Source: a virus (lineage: Duplodnaviria > Caudoviricetes). From it: 64,000 nucleotides of DNA. Where the stretch lies: the IMG/VR virus record IMGVR_UViG_2770939586_000001. One strand, written 5' to 3'. Position 1 is the stretch's first letter, and the number at the start of each line of letters is the position of its first letter. The notes beneath the pieces are model-generated. The model was not told the DNA's origin and searched no databases. It was given only the letters and a program-made list of their open reading frames with translations. Positions 19,055-30,043 of this stretch are shown here, one piece after another. The position numbers and the translations under genes are program-made.

Positions 19055-20650
19055 ATGCCACACTATGATACACATATGATGCCGGAATCAAAACGGTTGA
19101 AAGAGCCGTATTTTCAGGAGAGATTTACGGAACTGATTACAGGATATGAAGGAAGTACATGGAAGCTGGAACGAGTATTTTACAAGGCTGTGTACGATTC
19201 ATCGGCGCTACACGATGAGATAAATGCGAATAAACCAGATTCTGTTCCGGAACCACAAGCGCTTATTGATGTAGCGGTAGCAAAGCATTATGTGTTCAAA
19301 AACGAAAATTTGCCCAAGGCGTACTTTGGCATTGTGATCATTGGTTCGGTTTGCTACGAGTATGAAAAACTGAAAAAGGAAGGGCAGCTACCGAAAAACG
19401 ACCTTGACAGTCCTGAAACAGCTGCATTCTTACAGATGGTTCAAGAGAAGATCGAATCACTTGAACCGTCACCTACAGATGACCCGCCAAAAGTAACGAA
19501 ATTCTACGATGCGTCTACTATTTACTTTTATACCTGTGAGCATATGCCTTCTATCGAAAATGAAGGATGGAGCATCATGCCGTGGGATAACTGGCGGTAC
19601 GGAACGGTAGATGCTGTTGATCGCCGAACCATGAATAATGCCGCTGTTGATATCGAAGTCTGGAAAACGCAGTACAATGAGAATGCTGACTTTGTGATTC
19701 TGGAGCCAGAGCCATATTGTATGCAGTCTCCTATCGTAAAATCTACACTACGCTGGTCAGAGCCACCGCTAGAACGTAAATACAATCCATCCTATAAAAT
19801 CGAGGACACAAAAACAAACTGGTGGTATGATTCAGAGATTCGACTCACTGGGTTCATTGATAATTACAGTATGTTCTTTTCGCTTCAAGCTGATAATACG
19901 CCAGCATGGGAGGACAATGTTGTTCCGAAGGTTCCGCTATACTTTGGAGCATTTGAACCGTTGAAAAAAGAAGGAGAAAATGGAGAGCAAGTAGATTCTG
20001 AGCCGTTGGGAGATGTAACAGTTCTATTTGCTGGCGCGTTGCCATTAGTGGGAAAAAGCAAGGTGGAACAGTTCGAAAACATACCGAGATATGACTTTGA
20101 TAACGATGACAAAAAGTACGTAACGCCGCCGATGTTCCCTATTCTGAAAAACTATGCAAGACATCCAGGGAATGGATTGAATAATTGTATCGTGCGAAAG
20201 GCGAAAGCGGGCGGGCGTTACGAAGGGTACTACCTCTCCTTGGATACTGTACCAAATGAAATGCCGCCAAAACGTGCAGGTACGTACAGCACAGAGTTCA
20301 GTCGAGAGATGGAGCGCGGTTATCCACGAGCATGGCAGAACCACATGAATCCAGCGTATAACTACGAACATACACCATCACGTTATACGGATCGTGCGCA
20401 TGTATCCAAAATCTACATTGACCATCCAGAGGAAGGAAAACGCGGTTTCTTACGTCATGCGATCGGATCGGTACCAGTTGGTAAGGTGGCGACACGGATT
20501 CGATTGGAGAAAGAACCATGTGCTGCGGTGGAGTCTGGTAATAAATACGACTATTTTAAAATGCATGTATTTGATGGACTTTCCCCTCTAACTGTACGAC
20601 CAGGAACACCCTACCGTCCAGTTGGTGTAGGAATTAAGGATACGGAATAG
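19055..20650 (+). CDS. Virion structural protein, paralog 2
   Basis: DTKTNWWYDSEIRLTG...LQADNTPAW...VPLYFGAF and PSRYTDRAHVS. Confidence 0.7.
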   Translation: MPHYDTHMMPESKRLKEPYFQERFTELITGYEGSTWKLERVFYKAVYDSSALHDEINANKPDSVPEPQALIDVAVAKHYVFKNENLPKAYFGIVIIGSVCYEYEKLKKEGQLPKNDLDSPETAAFLQMVQEKIESLEPSPTDDPPKVTKFYDASTIYFYTCEHMPSIENEGWSIMPWDNWRYGTVDAVDRRTMNNAAVDIEVWKTQYNENADFVILEPEPYCMQSPIVKSTLRWSEPPLERKYNPSYKIEDTKTNWWYDSEIRLTGFIDNYSMFFSLQADNTPAWEDNVVPKVPLYFGAFEPLKKEGENGEQVDSEPLGDVTVLFAGALPLVGKSKVEQFENIPRYDFDNDDKKYVTPPMFPILKNYARHPGNGLNNCIVRKAKAGGRYEGYYLSLDTVPNEMPPKRAGTYSTEFSREMERGYPRAWQNHMNPAYNYEHTPSRYTDRAHVSKIYIDHPEEGKRGFLRHAIGSVPVGKVATRIRLEKEPCAAVESGNKYDYFKMHVFDGLSPLTVRPGTPYRPVGVGIKDTE

Positions 20651-20667
20651 ATGGGAGATGTGAGGAG

Positions 20668-22458
20668 ATGTTTGTAAAAGAAAAGTTCCTTATGCAGTTG
20701 CTGCCGGACAACTTAGAGAGTCTGTTTAATGATTGGGGATGGGAGACGATTTTTCGATATCGACTCCATTTCGACTCGGGCCCAGGTAAAAAGGCAAAGG
20801 ATTATGCACGAGTTCATCTGTTTCGTTCAACAGGATCAGACGGGGTGATTCGTCACTTCGGAATGATTCATACCCATGGCCGAGAACCATTACCGGGGTT
20901 TGGACAAGAAGAAATTATTTCGCACACTTCCCCGCTTGGAGCGCTGAAAAGAGCGTTCGATGAAACGGGAGGTACATTGATTGATAAATTCTTTCTACCT
21001 GTCTATCCGATTACATTACCTTACGTAAAGGTATTCAATGAATCAGGTGTTCCGGTAGATCCGGCAGGGTACTATATTGAAAACGAAGAGGACCGCAAAC
21101 GAGGAATTATCTCCATTATTGGAGGAACTGAAGCATACAAAGTCACATACGGTATTGACCCTGATGCGCCGGATGTTCCGCGTAAAACATGGTTTTTCCT
21201 GCTAGATGAAGTGATTGTCAAGAAAGTAGATAAAGCAACAAAATCTGAATTTACCGATGTGGAGTTCAATCCAAAACAAGACCCGCAGTATGATGTTGAT
21301 ATGACAGCAATCAAATCATTTGACCCGGATAATGGATATGAAGTGTTTGAAGCAGTCATTAATTCGTTCTTGCTGGACGATCCAGATTACGCAGAATCCA
21401 TGTATTTTATTCGACTTCTCAATCCGTCATTTCCCTCTACTGCAACGTATATTGACAAGTACGAAGCAGGATGGGGACGGGATACGGAAATTACGGTATG
21501 GGGAAACATTACAAAAAATCGCATTGCCTTGAATTTGCGTGTCGATCCAGCACCGGGACCTGAAAAGGCGTATTTTGTACCACTGTATATTGGAAAGCTC
21601 ATTACAATGGGGAAATGGCCGCAACTAAACAGTATACTAATTACTGGAACAACGGAGAAGGATGAGATTCGTGTTTTGTCACCGTCAAGCGGACTGACAG
21701 CAGATAAACTTTCTGTACGACCAAGCGCTCCAGCTCCAAAAGTTATTCAGGAACAAATAGGTGTGATTGATCATGGTGGGTGGGCATCCAATGGAAATGA
21801 TAGCGTGATGCTACATCGTACCATCGGCGGAGCCAACTATCAGCGCCATGTGTTTCAATTTATCACATTCGATGATAAGGCGGCACCGGACCCGGAGCAC
21901 AAATACAATCCATCTGCTTACACAGATCGTTATCACGTCTCTGCGATGGCAATTTCACACTGTAATGATGGAACAATCGGCGTGTTGGATGAAGTGTATG
22001 CGGTACACCCTAAAGGTATTGGACAGAGTGAAGAGCTTGAAATTGTAGAAGATGTTCACAATGAAATGGTCAGTATAGGGGACGGAGAGACGTACATTTT
22101 TCACCTGCGGCACGCCCCGATAGAGGGAACGCTACGTCTGCGATTGGGGGCGATGCCGGGAGAAACGGAATGTACGGAGATATTGGATGGCGAGTATGCG
22201 ATTTATACAGAGGAAGGTCTGAAACCTGATGGTTCTCCTAACCCTGATAAAGACAAGGAATTGAAGATGATAAAGATTATTAGGAAAGAGAAAACGCCGA
22301 AGCTGGGACAGGTATTGTACGCAGATTATAAGTTTGAACAGACGTACGTATTCAATCTGCCTACTACACCAATTACCCCGTTTCGTTTGCCAGATGTAAC
22401 ACCATACAATCCGATTGGATGGGCTTTGTTAAAATCAAATACGAAATTAACACCGTGA
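20668..22458 (+). CDS. Virion structural protein, paralog 3
   Basis: WGRDTEITVWG...LRVDPAP...VPLYIG and NPSAYTDRYHVS. Confidence 0.7.
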   Translation: MFVKEKFLMQLLPDNLESLFNDWGWETIFRYRLHFDSGPGKKAKDYARVHLFRSTGSDGVIRHFGMIHTHGREPLPGFGQEEIISHTSPLGALKRAFDETGGTLIDKFFLPVYPITLPYVKVFNESGVPVDPAGYYIENEEDRKRGIISIIGGTEAYKVTYGIDPDAPDVPRKTWFFLLDEVIVKKVDKATKSEFTDVEFNPKQDPQYDVDMTAIKSFDPDNGYEVFEAVINSFLLDDPDYAESMYFIRLLNPSFPSTATYIDKYEAGWGRDTEITVWGNITKNRIALNLRVDPAPGPEKAYFVPLYIGKLITMGKWPQLNSILITGTTEKDEIRVLSPSSGLTADKLSVRPSAPAPKVIQEQIGVIDHGGWASNGNDSVMLHRTIGGANYQRHVFQFITFDDKAAPDPEHKYNPSAYTDRYHVSAMAISHCNDGTIGVLDEVYAVHPKGIGQSEELEIVEDVHNEMVSIGDGETYIFHLRHAPIEGTLRLRLGAMPGETECTEILDGEYAIYTEEGLKPDGSPNPDKDKELKMIKIIRKEKTPKLGQVLYADYKFEQTYVFNLPTTPITPFRLPDVTPYNPIGWALLKSNTKLTP

Positions 22459-22476
22459 TAGAAGGAGGGGGAGCTG

Positions 22477-25191
22477 ATGGATAAAGTATCATATCTAGTA
22501 CAGGCTTCTCCTCTTTCGTTTGCCAGGCTATCATATTCCATTCAATTTAATGCGAATCCTGTAAATGTAGCAAGTTATGCAGTTCAAGTTGATGTATTAA
22601 ACAGGCACAACGCATTAGAGGAGAGAAACCTGTACACGCCTGTAAAACGCACAACACGCAAGGTGTTTGAGAATAAAGGTAGCGGTATGATGCTTCGGAA
22701 GCGGATGCGGCGTATGATTGAGCATAAAGAGAGTCAAGCAACTATACTGGAATTAATCCTTGATGGCGTAATGATCGGTCAAGATTCGGCAAAACAAAGG
22801 GAAAGTATAGGCGATAGTATACCAGAACAAATTGTGGGTGCAGAAGTTATACAGAATAGTCAGGTATCTTTATTGGATGGGAAACGATTAGTAGGCAAGT
22901 CGGTAATGGACTCGACAACGCCTAAAGTCGATGTGTCCAAAACAATGTGTATAGGCGATGGAATTGAAAAAGAAGTTTGTACGTCTTGTGAATCTCGAAA
23001 ACAAGGTGGTAGGTATGATTCGCTCGTTACGTTTAGTCTGAAGCGAGACTACCGTGATGGAATCGAAAAGCATATACATACAGCTGCACGTGACGGGGAA
23101 CAAACAGGATTCTCGAAAAATTTGTATGATAGTAGGATTCAGGATAGTCAACATGGACTTCCGATACAACAGAGCAGTGCAGTGGTACAGCGGATCACAA
23201 TCGGAGTAGAGGCAGAAAGACGATTGGCTAAAGCCGAAGAGAACGGTGAAGCTATAGAAAGCAGCAATAGGTATACCAGAACAGCAAAACCGCAGCATGT
23301 CATGTCTCCTCAATATTCTAATGATTTTTTAATTAACCGTATTGCTGATACGGTAGAGAAGGCGCAAGATCATGCGGTATCGTATGGGGAGATTGGAACG
23401 GAAGAGGGCGGTCAAAGCGGCGTTATAACTGCTATGTATGAAGCAAATGAAAAAGAGTTACGTGATGTTCCGGTGAACGAGACTCAGGGCAGAGTCACAG
23501 ATATAGAAAACGGTGCAGCAACGGTAGAATATCAAGGGATTTCCAATAAATCTTGGGAAGGAAATAATGTTCTATATGTTGGTCATATAACTAGGGATAC
23601 AGAGGGGAATATACCAGATATAGAACAGGCTATTTTTCATGCAGGAGAAGTTGGAACAATCATAGGAGCAGAAGTAATCGTACATGATGACAATGAAGCA
23701 CTCAGTAGGTTAGGAACTGTCGGGGTAGAGAATTTAATTCAAGAATCCAGCTTACATGACGTTGCTGGCGAGGAAAGTAAAAATGAACAAGGTTACGGCG
23801 ATGCGATCCAAAATGGATGTGAAAAAGATATACACAAAGTTGATGTATCCTTACAAGAAGCAGTACAGATTAGGAATGATGAACAAATAACTGAAATAGG
23901 AGATGTAAAGGATACATTTTGCAGTCAGAGTCATCGTTTCTTTGTTGCTGAGAGAGAAGCTGTCCGAACGAATTTGGATGATAGCATGGCGGGGGATAGC
24001 GCAATAAATGGTACTGCTTATGCACGACTTATTAACTCTACGATTAGCACGGGGGACTCTGTTATACGTGATGAGGAACAAGGGTGGACCGTATTAGAGA
24101 ATGAAGCTAGCGAGGAAAAAAATATACCATCCGTTAGTAAAGTGCAGGATAGCATGAATACCGAAAATGTACGGATAGTCGGTACGAGGCAAGAGCAAGT
24201 CGGAATTATGTCGGACGTAGACAAGGTTAAATCACAGGATATAACAGGAGAAAAAGTAGATAATGCGTGTGATATGAGGAGGAAAATAGTAAATGATGTG
24301 ATTGAAAAGACAGAAGAAACGGTTTGTATGAACGGTTCGGATGGGATAGACGTTAGCAGCACAGAAATGGCAGATATTCATATGGAGGTTTACACTTTCA
24401 TACAGAAAGATGAACAGATAAGCAAAATAAAAGCTATAGATTCAATTGAGCAGAAGAATACGCAGGCGCACAGTTCTCTGACAGATGCGGTTCATGGCAA
24501 AAGCGAGCAGGCTTATTTCAATATGGTTGATGTGGTTTGGGATAAAAGTGAACAGGCTTATCCTGGTATGTTCGATACGCTCTTACATCGAGCGGATATG
24601 GGGAATGTAGGGATATTGGTAGGAGAAGTATTTGCAGGAGATGAAACGTTTTCTTCATCATCAGCTTCGCCTGGAATACATGTACACGCAGAAGAAAAGG
24701 CTAGCGCTCATTTTCTTGATACCATGCATCAGGGAGATGAAAAACTAAAGACAGAATCCGTTGTCCTGTCTGCTACGTGTGAAATTACGCAAGATCAAGT
24801 CATTATTAAACCGATAGTTGGGGTGATGGAAGAAATAAGACAAGTTTTACCTTCTCTGATGGATACAATTATGTCTCATGGGGAGATGGCTAATGTTCTA
24901 TATATCGACACAACAATGTCACACGATACCTCGATGTTCATGGGAGTCGTCATAGCTGTAGAAGATCAAAAGATGCACAACGGTATCGTTACAGCGGTTG
25001 ACGGGAGAGAAATAAAATTTAGTGAAGCTGAACTTGGCTCCAATAAGATTAAGATATGGTTCTTAGGAGAAGGAGAAAGAATGGAAGAGATACCTGATCC
25101 AGACTCAGAACCGCAGGAGAAGCGGAGAATTTGGCTTATCATGGGTAAACCGAATTTCTGGAACGGGTGGAATTGGAAGAAAACAAGATAA
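22477..25191 (+). CDS. Large acidic degenerate-repeat tail-module protein
   Basis: 904 aa, low complexity, with a 15-aa periodic segment (KSEQAY twice, 45 nt apart) and a Trp-rich basic C-terminus. RBS GGAGGGGG. Confidence 0.65.
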   Translation: MDKVSYLVQASPLSFARLSYSIQFNANPVNVASYAVQVDVLNRHNALEERNLYTPVKRTTRKVFENKGSGMMLRKRMRRMIEHKESQATILELILDGVMIGQDSAKQRESIGDSIPEQIVGAEVIQNSQVSLLDGKRLVGKSVMDSTTPKVDVSKTMCIGDGIEKEVCTSCESRKQGGRYDSLVTFSLKRDYRDGIEKHIHTAARDGEQTGFSKNLYDSRIQDSQHGLPIQQSSAVVQRITIGVEAERRLAKAEENGEAIESSNRYTRTAKPQHVMSPQYSNDFLINRIADTVEKAQDHAVSYGEIGTEEGGQSGVITAMYEANEKELRDVPVNETQGRVTDIENGAATVEYQGISNKSWEGNNVLYVGHITRDTEGNIPDIEQAIFHAGEVGTIIGAEVIVHDDNEALSRLGTVGVENLIQESSLHDVAGEESKNEQGYGDAIQNGCEKDIHKVDVSLQEAVQIRNDEQITEIGDVKDTFCSQSHRFFVAEREAVRTNLDDSMAGDSAINGTAYARLINSTISTGDSVIRDEEQGWTVLENEASEEKNIPSVSKVQDSMNTENVRIVGTRQEQVGIMSDVDKVKSQDITGEKVDNACDMRRKIVNDVIEKTEETVCMNGSDGIDVSSTEMADIHMEVYTFIQKDEQISKIKAIDSIEQKNTQAHSSLTDAVHGKSEQAYFNMVDVVWDKSEQAYPGMFDTLLHRADMGNVGILVGEVFAGDETFSSSSASPGIHVHAEEKASAHFLDTMHQGDEKLKTESVVLSATCEITQDQVIIKPIVGVMEEIRQVLPSLMDTIMSHGEMANVLYIDTTMSHDTSMFMGVVIAVEDQKMHNGIVTAVDGREIKFSEAELGSNKIKIWFLGEGERMEEIPDPDSEPQEKRRIWLIMGKPNFWNGWNWKKTR

Positions 25192-25195
25192 GGAG

Positions 25196-26920
25196 ATGAT
25201 ATGTATGCGATGGGATTATATGTATGGTGGTGGACAGTGGCTGGAAAAAGAAGATCCGCCATTTCAACTTGGAAAGGCTGATCCGAGTTACATTGGGAGA
25301 GATTCAAGAGGCAATCTTATTTTAAAAACCTGGTGCGTATGGGAAAGCAACAATACGATGCCACCTATTATGAGAAAAGTATGTGGCAGTCTTACGTATG
25401 AGCTTAAAAATATTTTTCGTCCAGACCGTTTATTTGCGATTGAGTTTAATTTGAAGGCACTAGTTGCTAGTGATGGTGGGGCCACAGTCCGAATCGGAAA
25501 TGGGGAGCTGGAAGCGGTATTTAATTTTACGCCTACTACGGTCATCTTAAACGGGATTGATCTTAGGATTCATCCAGGTCGGTTCAAAACGTTTACCTTG
25601 TTTCAGGCATGCTTAGAGCGGGCAGAACTGTACATTGGCACGGAGAAGCGTTTTAACCGCCCGATTCTTAAGCCATCCACATTCAACGGTATTTCGATTG
25701 AAGTAAGCGGAAATGCAGAAGTAGTGCTGCGATACCTTTTCTTCTGTGTGGACTACGTACCGTGTCGACTTGCTACTGTTACGAGTAAGTCGACATGTCA
25801 GGTTAGACGATTCGTATTCGCCCAGAAGATGGGGGAAGAACTTGTCATGCATACGGTAGAAGAGGACCAATTTGGCAACTTGGTGGAGATTGGGAATACG
25901 GGACTGTCCATCTATAAGCCACAGGTGAAGCTATTCAAAGCAGAATCAGGCGAGGTTATGGCAGTTTTCCGGCGTAACAAAAGCAGCGCACCGCTTGAGA
26001 TTGTAGGGGGCTATATTGAAACGTTTTCGGGATACAACAAAAAAGCAATGCCATGGACAAAAGTAGCCAGTCTGAACAAGGCAGAGATCACAGAAATACC
26101 ATGGGATACAGCGCATACGTATGAAGAGTTCGATGCGATAGAGGAAAAGACAGAATCTATGCTCGGTGCCATGATAAACGATGATACAGACCCGAAGAGG
26201 GATGGGAGTATCACATTAAACTTTGAAGTGGACTGTGGGATAAAGGATAATCCACTATTACCAGATGAACCGGCAGGAGACTATGACTTCTATATTGACT
26301 TGTTCTGGACCATTCCAGATGATCGGGCAGACCCTAAAAATCCATTTGTAGACCTTGACTTGTGGGCGGTATCAGCGGAGGAAGTAGACGGACAATACGT
26401 ATATAACCCGGATTCGATACTGGATTATACTACATCAGCGAAAATAGGGACAAATGTAGTTCAGATAGATGACTGGCTGAAAATGAGTCTCGTAAAAGAT
26501 AATCGGTCGAACCATCGGACAACAGAAGATATAGAAAAGGCATGGAGCGCTTATCGGGAAACAATTACGGTGAAAGGGAACTATGGTAGGGTCTTGACGG
26601 TGGGCGTGGCGAATTATGCAGCGCTGGAAAACTACGCGAAGGCTGAGAATGTGTTGTATTTGCGTGAGCGTCATGGAGTGAAAATCGAAATGGTAGTGTG
26701 GGATAAAAAGAATAAAGAACGAAAAGGACGACTGGTAATAGAACCAGAATGGTTGTATCGAGAAGGAGCCAACAAAGGATGCGTACTTCCAATATTCGAT
26801 ATTATAGTCGATGAAAATAGAGATATTAAGGTTGAGGAACGACCGCATGATGGCGTGATACCATTACCTATCTACTCCGATGAGTTCAGAAATAATCTAG
26901 ATGATAAGCTTGGTCACTAG
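25196..26920 (+). CDS. Tail-module protein with a possible YfaP/DUF2135-like C-terminal domain
   Basis: LFWT...DLDLWA...ETITV pattern, in the operon. Confidence 0.55.
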   Translation: MICMRWDYMYGGGQWLEKEDPPFQLGKADPSYIGRDSRGNLILKTWCVWESNNTMPPIMRKVCGSLTYELKNIFRPDRLFAIEFNLKALVASDGGATVRIGNGELEAVFNFTPTTVILNGIDLRIHPGRFKTFTLFQACLERAELYIGTEKRFNRPILKPSTFNGISIEVSGNAEVVLRYLFFCVDYVPCRLATVTSKSTCQVRRFVFAQKMGEELVMHTVEEDQFGNLVEIGNTGLSIYKPQVKLFKAESGEVMAVFRRNKSSAPLEIVGGYIETFSGYNKKAMPWTKVASLNKAEITEIPWDTAHTYEEFDAIEEKTESMLGAMINDDTDPKRDGSITLNFEVDCGIKDNPLLPDEPAGDYDFYIDLFWTIPDDRADPKNPFVDLDLWAVSAEEVDGQYVYNPDSILDYTTSAKIGTNVVQIDDWLKMSLVKDNRSNHRTTEDIEKAWSAYRETITVKGNYGRVLTVGVANYAALENYAKAENVLYLRERHGVKIEMVVWDKKNKERKGRLVIEPEWLYREGANKGCVLPIFDIIVDENRDIKVEERPHDGVIPLPIYSDEFRNNLDDKLGH

Positions 26921-26927
26921 AACGAAA

Positions 26928-26953
26928 GAAGGACTCTGGCTGAGAGTCCTTCA
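26928..26953. terminator. Bidirectional terminator between convergent genes
   Basis: GAAGGACTCT-GGCTG-AGAGTCCTTC perfect stem. Confidence 0.75.
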
Positions 26954-26959
26954 CTTTAC

Positions 26960-27535
26960 TTATCTTGTTTTAGTCGCGCTTCCTCCATTAAGAGTAACAT
27001 AAGCGCTATGCTTTCCATTTTTCAATTGGTAACCTGTCACCTTTAGTTTCAAGTCCATGTATTTTCCATTGTACGAAATGGTTACGGGATACTCCCCATT
27101 TTTTGTAGCGGTGATGATGCCATTTTTATCAACGGAGATTGGCGTTCCTTTTGGGATTTCCCATACGACTTTATCAGTAATTTTAATAGGTTTTGAGCCA
27201 TACACAGCATCTATGTCAATCTTACTTTGAACAACTTTATCCTTGCCGATACTTCTTTCAATTGGATCAACTGCTAGTCTAAAATCTGCATTTTCCGTTT
27301 TCGTATCATCTTTCGGCTGAGTTGTGGTCGATGGAGTAGTCGGAGTCGTTGGTGTAGATGGTGTTGTAGGAGTCGTTTTCGGCTTGGTAATAATAATTTG
27401 CGTACTCGTTTCCGTAACTTTTAACCCATCTTTCTCTGCTAATGCCTTAATATCAGCGATACTATCAGCAAATACGGCAACAGGAGCTAATACTAGAGTG
27501 GCTGCCGTTACTGTAGCAGCAATAAACTTTTTCAT
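26960..27535 (-). CDS. Secreted protein: signal peptide, Pro/Thr linker, Ig-like (Big_2-type) domain
   Basis: MKKFIAATVTAATLVLAPVAVFA signal after RBS AAGGGAGAGG. TPTTPSTPTTPTTP linker. VVW...ISVDKNGIITATKNG..VTISYNG. Confidence 0.75.
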   Translation of the reverse strand: MKKFIAATVTAATLVLAPVAVFADSIADIKALAEKDGLKVTETSTQIIITKPKTTPTTPSTPTTPTTPSTTTQPKDDTKTENADFRLAVDPIERSIGKDKVVQSKIDIDAVYGSKPIKITDKVVWEIPKGTPISVDKNGIITATKNGEYPVTISYNGKYMDLKLKVTGYQLKNGKHSAYVTLNGGSATKTR

Positions 27536-27637
27536 GCTTCCCTCTCCCTTTTTACAATATATGTTTGTATTGATTCTATTGTATATATGGGACAAGTAGA
27601 AAGTCACTTGTTTTTTGGTAAAGTTTGTATAAGGTAG

Positions 27638-28693
27638 GTGAAGGAGATGCTTTATAAATATAGAAGTGGTTTAATTTTTGATGATACGTTCCAAGCGATG
27701 AAAAACGACTGGATATACAGCGTTCCATCAGCAGTACGGCTTCATACAGACCTGGTACGCTTGTCTCACAGTCGATCAGGAACGATGATGCTACTTAATT
27801 TACCACACAACGAATCAGAGTTGGTATTGGAGGTGGAAGCAAGCTATGGGCCGGTAGATTCTGGTGATATGGGTGGCCTAATCATCTGGAAGTCGCCGGA
27901 TGAGTGTCTGGAATTTCTCGAAAGCGTGGATACAAGTCATGGTGACTATTCCCGATGGCGAGCGGTGAAGTACGGGCTACAGTGGGATTTCTATGCACGT
28001 ATTAATCAAGATTGGGAGTACTTCGATACCGGGGAGTTGGATGCTAATAAAATAGGCGTAACGTTGCAAGGAGAAAGCGGCGTTCCACTTGATATAACGA
28101 GAGTAACGGTGTGCCGTGGCGAGTATGTAGGAGTCGGAAATCTGATGGCTGATTCTATAGTGACGTTGAAGGATAAAAACGGGGCCGTGGTTGAAACGCA
28201 TGTTGTGCCAGATGGTTATAGCGGTGTGAATATTCGTTTGCCGCTTGCGGTGTTCGAGGGGGAGATCAAGGTTATAGAAGAGGGAGAAACCCAAACAATC
28301 GCAACTACATTTTACGGTGGGGACATGTATTTGTATGCGACAACTCCATTGAAAATCTATCGGGATGGGGTAGAACTGAACCGGATCGACTTTTCTGACT
28401 GGGGGTATTTCCGAAATAGGGATGTAGAGATGAAACTACAGCTCGTTAATTCGAGTGATAATAATCTGCATAATATAAAAGTAAAGGCATCACAGCACGA
28501 ATCAGACGTGGCATACCAATGGATTATCCTAGCAGAAGATATGAATGGTTTACCGGGAGAGTATCGAGGAGATGTAGCGTTCTCGCAGATATCAGGCGAT
28601 GAAACGAAAGATTTCTGGCTACGGATTGAGCGGGCGCGGGATTATTTTGGTTTTAATCCACTACAGTTTAAGTTAGATATTACACACGATTAG
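27638..28693 (+). CDS. Tail-module protein with a concanavalin/LamG-like beta-sandwich
   Basis: FDDTF...DW...GGLIIW...WDFY...W pattern; position in the fibre region. Confidence 0.6.
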   Translation: MKEMLYKYRSGLIFDDTFQAMKNDWIYSVPSAVRLHTDLVRLSHSRSGTMMLLNLPHNESELVLEVEASYGPVDSGDMGGLIIWKSPDECLEFLESVDTSHGDYSRWRAVKYGLQWDFYARINQDWEYFDTGELDANKIGVTLQGESGVPLDITRVTVCRGEYVGVGNLMADSIVTLKDKNGAVVETHVVPDGYSGVNIRLPLAVFEGEIKVIEEGETQTIATTFYGGDMYLYATTPLKIYRDGVELNRIDFSDWGYFRNRDVEMKLQLVNSSDNNLHNIKVKASQHESDVAYQWIILAEDMNGLPGEYRGDVAFSQISGDETKDFWLRIERARDYFGFNPLQFKLDITHD

Positions 28694-28700
28694 GGGGCAG

Positions 28701-30032
28701 TTGCTTGTGACACGAATGAGTTTACGAAGAAAAACAGTGACTCCTCCACTAGACCCACGTATTTCAGCATTAGAAGATGAGATTATACGAGCGCGGCAGT
28801 ACCGGACATATGATGCACCACATCGGTCGCTGGATGAGCGCTTAGATGAGATAGAGAGCCGTCTAGGTATTATTGGAACAGGAGATATGAAAAGGTCACA
28901 GTATGATCGAAATGCAGATGGGAAAGTAGATTATGCGGAAATAGCTGACTGGGCATACAGTGTAGATTGGTCCGGAGTGTACAACAAACCACACATTCCT
29001 GCTCCATACATACTACCGATGGCAACCCAATATACACTTGGCGGAATAAAGTCTGGTGGTGACATTGAAGTACAGCAGGATGGAACGATTCGTGTTATTC
29101 GTGGTGGTGGAGGAAGTGCTGTCGAAGATTCGCTATACAATGGATACATTCGAGTAGATGGACAGGACATTGAAGTGTATCGTCATCCAGATAATGAATA
29201 CTTTCGACATGTAACGGATAGTCAGATTCAGTATTGGAATGCAAAGGCGAATAGAGATGTAGCGACACAGTATAATGATGGACTACTTTCATTGCAGGAT
29301 AAACGTAAGTTAGATGAATTGGTTATAGGTATCTCAGAAGCAAAAGCAGATGAGAAATATGCGGCAAAATACCATACACATACACTTGTTACTCAGTTCT
29401 CAAGTGGTCTTATGAGTCCAGAAGATAAGCAAAAACTTGATGGATTGCCAAATGTAGAAGCTGGTAATTTTGTTAAGGACACAGAGCTACAGGCGGAGAT
29501 ACAAAGCGTAAAAGTAGAGGCAGATAGCAAGTATGCAACGAAAGTACATTCCCATAGTCTTGCTTCTCATACATCAAACGGCTTTATGAGTACTATCGAC
29601 AAACAGAAGCTAGATAGTTTGGACCCAGCAAGTTATGCAAACACAGAGGACTTGCAAGCATTAGAACTACGGTTAAATAATTTTGAAAACGGGGGCGGTG
29701 GTGTGCCAAAGCTAGAAGAAATCACCGGCACTGTGGCTGTACCTGCTGGAGGAACAGTTCAGCAGTCATTTCCTACTTCATTTGGGAAATTCGATATTCG
29801 TACAGTGTGGGCAAAAGGAACAAAAAATTCTTCGATTGTTATACAGATTAATGAAAAATCAGATGGGACGCTTCCTGTTTATCGTAGTAATCAAACTACC
29901 GAAGTTGAGGATATTGCTCTTGTTCCATACATTGACAAAACAAATGAAAATAAGCTACATCTTCAGATTGAAAATAAGGGCGGAATCAGCGATACGATCA
30001 GTTTTGTAATAAAAATTGTTCAATTAATTTAA
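28701..30032 (+). CDS. Tail fibre-like protein with repeated (H.H)..AT...GLMS..DKQKLD units
   Basis: Three GL[LM]S/GFMS..DK.KLD repeats, HTH/HSH motifs and ATQYTLGGIKSG. Confidence 0.75.
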   Translation: MLVTRMSLRRKTVTPPLDPRISALEDEIIRARQYRTYDAPHRSLDERLDEIESRLGIIGTGDMKRSQYDRNADGKVDYAEIADWAYSVDWSGVYNKPHIPAPYILPMATQYTLGGIKSGGDIEVQQDGTIRVIRGGGGSAVEDSLYNGYIRVDGQDIEVYRHPDNEYFRHVTDSQIQYWNAKANRDVATQYNDGLLSLQDKRKLDELVIGISEAKADEKYAAKYHTHTLVTQFSSGLMSPEDKQKLDGLPNVEAGNFVKDTELQAEIQSVKVEADSKYATKVHSHSLASHTSNGFMSTIDKQKLDSLDPASYANTEDLQALELRLNNFENGGGGVPKLEEITGTVAVPAGGTVQQSFPTSFGKFDIRTVWAKGTKNSSIVIQINEKSDGTLPVYRSNQTTEVEDIALVPYIDKTNENKLHLQIENKGGISDTISFVIKIVQLI

Positions 30033-30043
30033 GGGGTGGGAGA

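Noticed and set aside
27335-27385. Short tandem DNA repeats (GTCGGAGT/GGTGT-like)
   Set aside because: Fully explained by the Pro/Thr linker of the minus-strand secreted protein.
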